DNA of 64,000 bases from Antedon mediterranea (Eukaryota > Animalia > Echinodermata), in contig NC_092674.1 of the NCBI RefSeq assembly GCF_964355755.1, positions 29,760,001 through 29,824,000 of the forward strand. Reading direction: 5' to 3'. Shown piece after piece: positions 27,901 to 38,887 of this stretch (within the stretch, counting starts at the first letter, position 1; each line of letters starts with the position of its first letter). The notes under the pieces were generated by a model, which saw nothing but the letters and a program-made list of their open reading frames with translations, did not search any database and was not told where the DNA came from. A program made the translations under genes and the position numbers.

Positions 27901-30291
27901 CATATTTAAATTACACTCAATTTGAATGAATGGCAAGATGGAAGAATTCTTTGAAACAAAATGGAGAATTCTTTTAAATTATTATCTTATCGTATTCATC
28001 CTGTAATTGGCGAGTTTGTGCTAGCTGTGAGAAAATGAGAAATAATGATAATATCACCTAACCTGAAACTTGTTCTGAGCAGAATGGTCACTAAGAATGT
28101 TATCTAACGGATGCTGTTGTTTATCACCTTGTTTTCCTAATAACAGCACCTTAGCAATCTGTTGTTGTAAAGTATACGCAGACCACAACTCAAGGCCTAG
28201 GCATGCTTCAAGCAGTATCAGGCCTAGGGACCAAACGTCTGGCTTGGGTCCCATGTTTTTGCAAGATTTCTTTTTAACTTCAAAGCTTAGGCTCATTTTG
28301 TCTTGTGGTCGGCATACTAGTGGGCCTTGAGCAAGTACCTCTGGTGCTGTGTACTTGGGGTACCTGTGTGGTGATAAGAACTGGCTGTCACAATGGCAGA
28401 TAGGAAATTACGGAGGAAAATAGTCACATAAGTTCTGGTATGTCTACACTAACAAACTTTATGTGGCCATATATACAGTAGATATGATGATGTCATATCA
28501 CTACCATATTTAAGCATATTACTACCATATTTGGGCACATAAAACTTTTTTGTCAAACTAGTTTAATAGTGTAGATAGAGCTTTAGTAAGTAAGTGGTGA
28601 TACATAATATTTGCTCTTACAAATAATTAGATTTGTTGCAAAATCATTACTGCTGATTATTTCAAATTTGATTAATTATGTTTCTATTAGTGAACTGATA
28701 GTGACTAGTAAAACCTGATTACAAAATTTAAAATTTATATTCTTTAACACATAAACTGGTGTACATCATCTATTGATTTCTTTTTAAAGTTGGTTTCTTT
28801 AACGCTCTGTTGCAATATCAGTTGGTTGACTTACCCAATAGGAAATGTAACAGCAGAGCCAGCATCTGTTATGTAATGCATTCCATAGTTACTTAACTTC
28901 ACACTTCCCTTTAAAAAAAAAGAATCATTGAATAAAAAATATAAATGGCAATGGATTTGATGTTAAACATCTCAGCTCACTGATGAAAGATTACATGAAG
29001 CCTACACTAGCAAACTCTGAGTTTCCTCAAGTTTGCAAACTAAATTTTGCTAGTGTAAGCTCTGTCTACACTTTCAAACTAGTTTGACAAAAAAAGTGTG
29101 ATGTGTCCAAATATGGTAGTAATACGACATCATCGTGTCCATATGGACACATATCATTTTTTTTGTCACATAAAGTTTGATAGGGTAGACCGAGCTTTAC
29201 ACAGGCTTACAAACATTAGTGTACTTCTTTTCAATTTCATTAAGGATTTTTTGGGTTTTTTTTGCAATTTTTTGGTTGTTACTTCACATAAAAGTATTTG
29301 TTTGCTTACCTTGTCATCCATAAGAATGTTCTTTGGGGAAAGCAACCTGTGGACTATTCCATTTTCATTTAGGAATCTCAATCCATCTAAAATCTCAAAA
29401 GCTATTTGCAGAATTTGATGATGACTAAAAAGAAAACAATAACAACATTAGAAATATTGATTCATATTATCTATAATATAATTCTATTAATATATTGAAA
29501 GAAATATTTTATTTACACTGGTCAAAGGCTGGTCTCCTAGAGGGCCCAGTTATGATCAGTGATTGTGTGTGTACTAGTACACCAGGGTAACCCCCTACTC
29601 GTCTCAAAAGATGTTCTAGGTTCTTTAAAGTGCACATGAGCTAGATACGGTTATAGTCATTATCCGAGAAGACTTGTTCTGCCACCAGAACCATTGAGCG
29701 AGTGAGCCTCGAACCCTTGCTGATGTTATTGCTATATAACTATATTGAATAGGGAAAGCTAGTATTGTGCCGAGAGTAATTTATGTACAGTAGTTTGTAC
29801 ATACTTTGTAGGGGTTTGTTGGCTGTATGTCTCTTGCACATTATCTTCATAATATTCTGTCACAATCATTAGTCTCTCTGGGTAAAATTAAAAATGTGTT
29901 ATTTAATAGCTTCATAAAATATGAACAAAGAGATAAGTTGATCTGGTCATATTAAACATAGTTGAAATGAATTGCATGATTTGACTGTACATATTGGTGT
30001 CTGCTATGTTACTTGAAAAAGTGTTTTCTAGTGCCAATCTATTTTTTATTATATTGCAAATTTTAGGTAGAGAAGAAGTTCCTTCACCATCAACTTACCA
30101 TGTTTGCCTCTTATGACCTCTATATACTGACATAACCGTGGATGAATAATGGTCTTTAAGTACTGAAAACGTCCATATATTTTGATTGAATTTGGCGTAA
30201 GGGGGAGCCCATCAGATCCACATTGATCATGGGCATGCGAAGCAGCACAGAAAGTTGAAACACCAAGGGACGCTGAGCCTAATGCCTGCAT
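18939..30291 (-). CDS. TBCK: TBC1 domain-containing kinase (pseudokinase-TBC-rhodanese), about 908 aa
   Basis: 20 coding exons: 30291-30099, 29877-29805, 29424-29310, 28908-28835, 28363-28063, 27823-27762, 27560-27409, 27003-26868, 26096-25947, 25468-25369, 25240-25106, 24878-24689, 24510-24460, 23997-23914, 23574-23452, 23073-22912, 22191-22010, 20544-20372, 19498-19339 and 19049-18939 (2727 nt, in frame). Motifs: [19 protein letters not shown] and NYG (pseudokinase); [30 protein letters not shown] (TBC); [21 protein letters not shown] (rhodanese). Confidence 0.96.
19499..20371 (-). other. U12-type (minor spliceosome) GT-AG intron in TBCK
   Basis: Donor GA|GTATCCTTT. Branch site TTTTCCTTAAT (19523-19513) lies about 14 nt before CAG, with little polypyrimidine tract. 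Splicing restores the SEDF frame. Confidence 0.9.
20058..20202. repeat. 36-bp minisatellite, 4 copies
   Basis: Unit CAATACAATTGAACACATAATATACAGTATAATATT at 20058, 20094, 20130 and 20166. Confidence 0.95.
20714..21978 (+). mobile_element. Putative Helentron-associated (HINE/DINE-like) non-autonomous element
   Basis: Left end TACTCGATGGTA is inverted to right end TACCATCTAGTA (11/12). A terminal 13-bp perfect hairpin CTAGATGGTACGC-GAGCGAAGCGA-GCGTACCATCTAG spans 21940-21976. Flanks are T-rich with no obvious TSD. Confidence 0.6.
24059..24318. repeat. 44-bp minisatellite, about 6 copies
   Basis: Unit TACACTATTCAACTTCAATCAAGTGCAATAGTCTAATCTATAAG, head-to-tail, no spacers. Confidence 0.95.
26689..26840. 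mobile_element. Tc1/mariner-pogo-type MITE family C
   Basis: TA|CAGTCAACTCTC(C/T)CAATACC...GGTATTGGGAGAGT(TGACTG)|TA. Other copies at about 40866-41022, 54148-54302, 55473-55645 and 61148-61316. Confidence 0.8.
29520..29720 (-). mobile_element. Probable tRNA-derived SINE (degenerate)
   Basis: GC-richer island in an AT-rich intron. Minus-strand B-box-like GGTTCGAGGC, followed by GTGCACTTTAAAGAACC, which resembles conserved SINE central domains. Confidence 0.4.
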
Positions 30292-30299
30292 TCTGAAAA

Positions 30300-31212
30300 A
30301 CAAATCAATTTAAAATATTTTAAAAATGACCATGTTTAGCTAGCTCTGCTATTGCTAAGTATAATTAATATTGTTTTCATTAAAAGTCTTCTTGCCAATG
30401 TGATACAATGAATTTTATGCACCACCACACAACTTGCTTAACTAGGCTCTGCCTACCCCGCACCGGGCTAATTAATAAGCAGGTGCCCCACCCATCCAGC
30501 CAGCAGGAGCCGGTTAAAGATAAGTAGTAGGTAGTAGTGCGAAGGATCTAGGCCTAGGCCTAGAAGTTAGGCCTAGGCCTACGCCTAGCATTTTTCTGGT
30601 ATTACTTCAATCAATTAAATAGGTGAAATAAATAAATTAGCAGCTTTAGTATTTTAATATACATATACATTGAATGCTTTCAACGTCAAAGACACCAAAT
30701 TTCATTAATTTAATCCGTTTTTTCGCCGTCGATGGGCGCTTCCATGTTTGTTGTTGTAATGATTTATGAGGGCGTTCTTTGTTTTTTAGTATTGAACTTT
30801 GAACTTGGAACAGGGAATTACCGGTACACGTTGTTTGGTCTCGTTTTCTCTCTCTATATAGTAATAAGACTGATTGTAAGAACATATTTTGGTATTTTTA
30901 TCGGAATGTTAGTTGTTTTTCTGATATTTTATGCAATCAAATATATTATGTGTTAACTAGTCTAAATGTACTTTAATATTATTAACTTTTTGCTAGAGTA
31001 AGCCTCGACTGCTTTCTCTAGCAAGAATGTCATTCCATACTGCACATTCCATCAGTCGATCACTGCAAGAGGTCAGTTCAGTGGGGTGGCTTTCATAATC
31101 CAGCCAGCACAGCCACAGCTATTTCGTGGAAAAGCCTTGCTACTAGGGTTTAGACCGTTTGGCTTTTTACCAATCTGAGATTGATCTTCCATCTAATCTA
31201 CCTACTTTTCAG
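30300..31212. promoter_or_regulatory. Bidirectional promoter / 5' UTR region shared by TBCK and AIMP1
   Basis: Divergent ATGs at 30291 (-) and 31259 (+), about 970 bp apart. Both ATG exons begin with splice acceptors, so both first exons must start in or near this interval. Confidence 0.7.
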
Positions 31213-31258
31213 GTTTTTATTGAGGTCTGCTGCTGCAAGAAGACTGAATCTAAGAAGT

Positions 31259-34200
31259 ATGGCAAGTGCAGAGGTAAAGCAAAGACTAGAACAAAGGTCA
31301 CGGGAGGCAGATCAACTGATAGCACAGCTGAAACAACAAGTGGACAACCTGAGAACATGTGCAGGTAGTGTGACAACATATCCTTTGCAATATTATTTAA
31401 TTCTTTGTTATTGCATTATTGAATTGCTAATATGTTTTTTTTTTCTTTTCTAGTTGCAGCATCTGGTGGTAGCTCATTAGAAAAAGAAAATGCCGATCTG
31501 CGATTGAAAGTTGACAGTCTGAAGGCAAAGTTAATTGACCTGGAAGAAAGAAATGGATGTATGTATAACAACCCACAAATTTGTCTTGTCTTTATAGTAT
31601 AATAGATTTTAAACAATCTAAAATCAGTGGTTTGTAATTAGTTAAATTATTGCATTTTAGTATAATAATTTTACTAATTGGCAATTTATTAGACAGTTAA
31701 TTACTTTTCAGGATTTCTCACCAAAAAATTGGTAATTTAACACCATTGTAATCAAACTTTGCTTAAACTTGTTTATTTATAGCGGTGCAAGTCAGTCTAC
31801 CGAATGTAAAAGTTAATGCTGCACCAACTGTTACTACCTCACCAGTTGCTAAGGAACAGCCGCCATCCATAGCCCAGCCTAAAAAGGCGGCGGAAGCAAA
31901 ACCAAAGAAAGAGAAAAAAGGTACAGTCAAGATTAATGTAGCTTTGATTGATAGTAAAATGACCATAATTTTAATTTTATTAAATCTAAACCAGTACATT
32001 GTTTTTAAAAAAAATATAATTATAGAAAAGAAAGGCAGTGGAACGCCTCAAGAAAAGAAAGAAGATGTTCCCGTAACGATATCAATGATGGATCTTCGAA
32101 TCGGCAAAATTGTAGATGTGAAAAAGCACCCTGATGCAGACTCATTGTACGTTGAAGTGATTGAATGCGGTGAACAAGTTCCCCGGACGGTAGTCTCCGG
32201 GCTAGTGAAGCATGTACCTATTGAAGAGGTGAGAAACTGCAGGGCTTGCTAACTTGTATGGGATGTGCAAAGATATGATATATAGAATACACTGCTGTAG
32301 CCACCAGCATGGTTGGTAAGGTTTCAACCTGACCACTTTTATACAGACAATTTTGAAAACACTGTGGCTTAAACAGAGACTGTACCCTTTTCTTGCAAAA
32401 AAAAACCACACCACTTTATTTTTTGTGGCTACATCACTGAAATATAACTACAATATTAACTGTCAAACCTTGTATAGTTCAATGTACAATTACTAGCTTT
32501 CTCTCATCTTTTAGATGCAAGACCGTACCGTAATTATTTGCTGTAATTTGAAACCAGCTAAGATGCGTGGAATTCTAAGCCAAGCAATGGTGATGTGTGC
32601 AAGTGGTGATACAATAGAATTAATCACTCCCCCTGCTGGAAGTGTTCCAGGCGATCGTATAAGCTTTGATGGTTACCCTCGTAAGTTACAAATATTAAAT
32701 ATTTTTAATGCAACTAAAATTAATTTAAAAATAAACTAAGTCTCATTTGAGGCTTAGGGAGTGGAGTTGAAAGAGTTTTGAGTTACAATCCTGGCACTAG
32801 GTCAGGATTGAACCGTGGGATTGCAATAACCACCAGCTCCACTACCTGTGACAACCCTGGCACTAGGTAAGAATTTGAAAATAAAACTAGATTTGAACTC
32901 GTCACTTTGACGAGTTCGGGTTATCCGCGCATACGCAACATGCACGTACTTTAAACTATATGAACCTCGACAATTATTATGCCATCCTTTGACATGAAAT
33001 AAAAATGTTTACAGTGCTGAATTGTACCTATTATGTAGCATACACCATATTACAGTATTTTACAGAATAAACTGTATATATGTTATATACAGTGTAGCAT
33101 AGACGGAATTACGAGACCCATCTTTTAAATCCAATTATTAACATGATGACATCATCAAATTGACATATAAAGATAACCACTTTAGAAGATAATTATCTAA
33201 ATAATTACATTAAAACAAATTTGAAGAATTTTGGGAACGTAAAAGTGAGATGCGCTCTCGTTTAAACGCAATGAACTTTGACGCAAGAGATGAAAATATG
33301 ACTTTTTTAATTCAACTGGCCATATGATGACGTCACAACATCTGATTGGCAAAATATTCACATCAATTCATATCTACAATCCAATAGCTTCCAGAAAACG
33401 TTTTAATCATGATTATCACTTTTTAATCTGACGAGCTATAACAGATTGTTATTTACTGTAAAGATGAAAATAAGTGACCCAAGTTATTTACGTTTTTAGA
33501 CATGATGACGTCATAACAATTTTAAAAATTGTAAATCATGTGAAAGATAATTGATTGACCTAGACAAAATAAAAAAATTGAGTGAAATGGAATACGGATA
33601 AGTAGAGATGCGCTCTATTAAATTTGACGAGCTATGACGAAAGAGAAAAAAATCCTATTTTTATATTTGGGTGGCCATACGATGACGTCACAATGTCCGG
33701 TTAGCAATATTAATGCACGATTCGATATCTACAACTTATCAACTTCCAGAATATGTAATTTTAAAAATGTTCACCACGTAGTTTAGAATTTATGACTGTT
33801 TAAAAAAATGTCTAATTTTGACGAATTTTTGAAGTTTTTCATCAAAAACGTGCCTAAATTGTTCAATTCTACGTGCTCGTATGACGTGATTTTAAGTGGA
33901 AATTGATTGAAAATTGATAAATTTACTAGAAAAGGCTGAAATAACAAAAATCAAGCAAAAAAAAGACGTTTTTGCGCTACGTGCGCACGCGCGCGTAAAA
34001 AAATTGCGAACGCGTGGGAATTTTCCAAATGCTCAAAATGACATGAAACGCGTAGAAAGTTGATTAGAAATTCAATTTTCGCATTTTGAAATTTTAAGCT
34101 TGGCTGCACATCTACAGCTATAGGTCAATCTTATGACAAAGTTATACAATCTTATGTTGGCCAGAATTAGAGATATGCGACCAACAAAATTCGTGGAAAG

Positions 34201-34519
34201 AAAGAAGAACATAGAAAAAAAAAAAAAAAAAGATCCTGACAATAACAAGGGGTTATCCGCCAAGTGCGGATAACCAATAAATAAACTCCACATTCCACTC
34301 CACTCCACTTTCACATTAATTTCACTAATGTTATTTGTGTTTGTTACAGTCGGTGATTTTCCACCTCAAATGAACCCAAAGAAGAAGATCCTGGAACAGA
34401 TTCTGGCAGATCTATTTACAGACGAGAATAAAGTAGCAACTTACAAGGGAGTTCCGTGGAAGGTTGAAGGAAAAGGGATCTGTGTAGCGCCAACGATGGC
34501 CAAGACCAAAATCAAATAA
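31259..34519 (+). CDS. AIMP1: Aminoacyl-tRNA synthetase complex-interacting multifunctional protein 1 (p43/EMAP II), about 295 aa
   Basis: Exons 31259-31364, 31454-31558, 31783-31920, 32026-32228, 32515-32680 and 34350-34519 (888 nt). N-terminal coiled coil RLEQRSREADQLIAQLKQQV. EMAPII OB fold: DLRIGKI, KHPDADSLYVE, PRTVVSGLV, CNLKPAKMRGILSQAMVMCAS, NPKKKI, ATYKGVPW. Confidence 0.96.
32731..32845 (-). mobile_element. tRNA-derived SINE, same family as 115-259
   Basis: Reverse complement aligns with 115-259 (GTAGTGGAGCTG...GGTTCAATCCTGAC...CTCCCTAAG...CAAATGAGACTTAGTTTAT). Confidence 0.75.
32885..34278 (-). mobile_element. Helentron-associated non-autonomous element (HINE/DINE-1-like), about 1.4 kb, in AIMP1 intron 5
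   Basis: On the minus strand the 5' end is the palindrome GGTTATCCGC-ACTTG-GCGGATAACC. The 3' end has subTIR GCGGATAACC, then a perfect 10-bp stem-loop GAACTCGTCA-AAG-TGACGAGTTC, then AAATCTAG-TTTT. T-rich insertion site, no TSD, no transposase ORF. Confidence 0.8.
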
Positions 34520-35024
34520 ACAATGACAAATATGAATACTGTGTAGTATTCCATATATCTCTTTAAATCTTCTATTTTATTTTTGTGTATGTAGTAGATG
34601 ATGGTTATAATCTATAAATTTTTTCATTCATATCTGCAGTAAATAAAAATAAATCAAATCAAACAAATTCCTACGATTAAAGATTTCCACAATACAGTTG
34701 TGTTTATGGTACAGTATTATACAAATTTTAGTCATTTTTGCATGCTTTTGTGGTGATGCTTTGTTTTATACATTTATTGTTAGGTGTGTTGAGACTGTAA
34801 TTTTACTGTTTGTCTAATATCTTTGGAAGTAGATAATATCTCCTATTAATAATTTAATAGAGTTACTGTATTATATTTTCTCTTCTGAATAAATAACATT
34901 TAAATGAACAGAAACAAAAATGTTTGTATCATTTGATAATGTTTTTATTGCACACATTACAATGTAACAAAAGAACAGAATACATTTTACATGCTTATCA
35001 CATGAACCCAAAACATGCAGCCAA

Positions 35025-35205
35025 GACCACACGCCGCTGCCCCTAAAACCAGGCAGTTTAAACCACACTACTTTTGCTTTGGGTCTTTCAATCACACGCC
35101 ACAGCCACTAAAACCATGCAGTTCAAACCACATGCTACCCTCGCATTGGGTCTTTCAAACACACGCTGCAGCCCCTACCACCAGGCTTTTTAAACCACAC
35201 ACTAC
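35025..35205. repeat. Degenerate tandem repeat of about 65 bp, about 3 copies
   Basis: Recurring CACACGC..CAGCC.CTAAAACCA.GCAGTT.AAACCACA...TTGGGTCTTTCAA. Confidence 0.7.
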
Positions 35206-38200
35206 CTCTGCTTTTTCCCATAGTATAAAGAGTATCAAAACATATGCCAATACTACTATTTCCTACAGTATTACATTTTATATTTGTAGAGAAAGTGTAC
35301 TGTCTCATAGCTCAGTATAACTGTACTAACAATATAGGCCTGGACTACACCATAAAATATATGCATACAAATTATGCAAATATAGTATTCAAACAAAAAA
35401 CGAGGATACACAATAATCATATATAGAAAAATTGGATGCAAATATAATATTACGGATATGGTTGCCGCATAGAAGCATAGGGAGCATAACGTTTTTCTCG
35501 CCGAAACAAAATTATTTTCCAATAAATAAAAGAGATTTTTCTCTCTCCGGACACTGCCTTTTTGTAGCATTACTCTTTATAAGGACACACTTCAATTTTT
35601 TTCTCACTGCAAATTGTTCTTCTATATTGTCTGTAACAAGCTATGTTCGCAATCTACAGTATGTCATCACGTACCTATCAAACTCAACATGCACCATCCA
35701 TTAATGGATATATAATCATTCTCAATACGTTCTATCCAAAGACAGACAAATCGATCATTTTTTCCCAGACAATTTTTAAATCTCTCCCTTGTTTTTATCA
35801 TATGCATGCAAGCAATTAATCCATACGATAATATAACTATCCTGAGAACTATTATTATCGCCGATTAAACTACATCAAGTAAATTTATTGTGCGCATCCA
35901 GGAAGTTGTGACGTGCTTGCTTCCTCCCCACCTCGACACTGTTCTGGTGGTTACCAGGTCCAAGCGACGACCGACGACACATTAATTGATCTGACCTAGG
36001 TTGACCCTAGGTCATCAGTTATCGCAAATCGAAAGCACCCTAATATCACAAGAATAATACTCTTCTTTGTTATTCATACGTTAGGCCTTAATGCAATAGA
36101 ACCATTTGATTGTTCCTCTTACCAGGATATGGTTAACTGTGAAGTGTGATATATAGATATAGAAATAAACACTTTAAATAGATGCAACAAAAGTATACAA
36201 AATACAAGAAAGGGCGTACAAAATAATAGGACTTAAATGCTGCAGTAATCATAACACAACAAGGTACAGTACAATAAGAGACCATGTTAAAATGATTCTA
36301 CTGCAGTAACTACTATTTTGTTAACTCTTTAAACTTGTTTATGAAAATATTTAGCAGGCTTTTTGGGGGAAATTATTACAGAGTTTATTTCGGTGACTGC
36401 CTCATAAGCTTAGTACATAATAAACTGATATATATTTTATTACTGTATATGTTTTTATAGATTTTAATAAGAATGACTTTATTACTTTATAATTGTAATT
36501 GCAATATAAACCATTGGCTACAAATGTTACACATGGTATGGTGGTTTGTTGAAATAAAGTGATATACATTTAAACAAATTAAAATAGCCAAAGTGGTTTG
36601 TTTGAAATAAATTTGAACAAACTCAAATTATTTGATATTGCAGTAAAAAATGGAGGTACTACTGCAGTAAACATGTAGTCACTGCAGTATTGTAGGTTTG
36701 ACATGATCTCTAAAACTTATGCAAAGTCATAGTAATAATACATAGTATCAATTAATCGTACAAATATAATTATTTTTAACAGAAACTTAACAAAATAATA
36801 ACTAAACATATTATCTTTAATAAGCACCATTGTAAACCTTTAAAAATAAAAACTCAACCACAAATATGTTTAATACGCTAATTGGGAAACAAAACATTCT
36901 ATAATGTAATTTAATCAAACCTATATTTGGTATGCATGAACAGTTGCAATGGATTGTTTTATTTTGATCATCAATTCATTAATTAATATTATACTTTTTA
37001 AATTAAATGTTCAATTTCTAACATCTTTTACAGAATTTCTTTTCAAGCCTGTTCCTTAAAAAAAACGGTTTCGTAAAAGCTTGGTTCTTACTTGAACGCA
37101 ACTTAACAACGTAGGTGTAACGCAAGTGAGCTGAGAAATCAGGTGATCTATCACACCATGATTTTTCAAATGCGATGCGATTACGTCTTTTTGTTGCATC
37201 CAATATTTTTAATCTTTAATTTTGAGTCCCAAAACAAAACATTAATTTGCAATGGTCTTGCTAAAGAGACAGCTGTGTAGTCTAAAGCCGTAATCGCACT
37301 GCACTTTTTTATTTGGCAACACCAACCAAATAGCAAGTTTAATTATAATATATAATATACTGTGTGAACAGGCCAGTAAATTTTCCCTGAGCAGCGAGTA
37401 ACTTTCGCAGAGAATCCAACTTGTACAACAAACTAAGTGCGAATACGGCTTAACATAACATACTGTATATTTTTAACATAATTTCTTCTGGTGTAAAACA
37501 TACAAAATAAGAATTTAGTCTCGATAAAGAAAAACATGATTTTTTACAGTCCATTATCTTTCAATGATTAAGAGTGTACAAAGATTTCTGTAAACAGAAT
37601 GAACAATTTAATTAAAATGGTCTAAAATCAAGGTGCTTTCTTATTTCTTGAGATATTTTGGTTCAAATCTATTTTGAATGTTAACCTGTAAATGTATACC
37701 GTAAATTGATTAAAAAAACTAAATGCCAATTAATTATAATAATATCGTTGTAAAATTGATTATTAAATTGATAAATCTGTTTAAATACTATAAATTGAGT
37801 TAACACACGTCTATGTAGCTATCTTACATATATGGAAACAATATTCTCATATTTTGTTTCTGGGGCAGCTTTCTAAAAGACTTCACTACAAGAGATAACA
37901 AGAACTATGTTTTATAATGTTGTATTATACATCATTAGCAGCATAAACTTAGCCTCTTATATATTCTAACATTTATTAGAATAGTAAATAATATAAAAAT
38001 AAATTTTCTTAAATACTCCCTTTTTTCTCTTAATTCTTTTGTGAGGATAAGTTTCAAGTGTATTTCCGATATTGATGTACATGTTCGCAAACTGACACAC
38101 CTTGATGACTCGTCGTTGGAATGTTGATCATTCTCTTGGTAGAATTCACACATATTGCACACAAGTGGCAAATACGCGTGTGAAATCCTCACATTTGCCA

Positions 38201-38411
38201 CGTACGTGTTGCTTGACTGGACGAAAAGTTACTGGGAATATGTGTTCTTTGCACACAGGTCTCATCAGATCTGTGTGAGCATGCTGTATTTTCATGTGAT
38301 CCAACATTTTAGAATCATTGTTAATCTGATCACTCTGCCGTACTGTTTGTATACACGTTTTGCCATCCATACAGATATTCAGATTCATACAACATTTTTT
38401 TTTAATCTATG

Positions 38412-38687
38412 TGATGTATGAAAATATGCTGCGCTCAGAAATCCAAATGCACATATCATGATGTATGAACATATGCTGCGCTCAGAAATCCAAATGCACA
38501 TATCATGATGAATGAACATATGCTGCGCTCAGAAATCCAAATGCACATATCATAATGTATGAAAATATGCTGCGCTCAGAAATCCAAATGCACATATCAT
38601 GATGAATGAACATATGCTGCGCTCAGAAATCCAAATGCACATATCATGATGAATGAACATATGCTGCGTTCAGAATCCAAATGCACA
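38412..38687. repeat. 47-bp minisatellite, about 6 copies, in the probable FBXW7 3' UTR
   Basis: Unit TGATGTATGAA(A/C)ATATGCTGCGCTCAGAAATCCAAATGCACATATCA, lying about 200 bp beyond the FBXW7 stop. Confidence 0.95.
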
Positions 38688-38887
38688 CAAATATATGGGC
38701 TGGGGTGTATCAATATGAAGATAACATTGGTGATTTGCAAACGGATGATACTTTTTCTGATTATCGTGTGTTTGTTGTTGTGAAAATAGTATTTTAATAC
38801 TCAAAGTATACATTGTTTTCCTATCAGTTGTGGATCTCTGTTCAGTTTTTGTCCTTGTGTGCGCACCATATGCGCACAAGGCTAATT

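Noticed and set aside
28835-29424. Missing HRD and DFG motifs suggesting a TBCK pseudogene
   Set aside because: TBCK is a known pseudokinase, and the reading frame is intact over all 20 exons.
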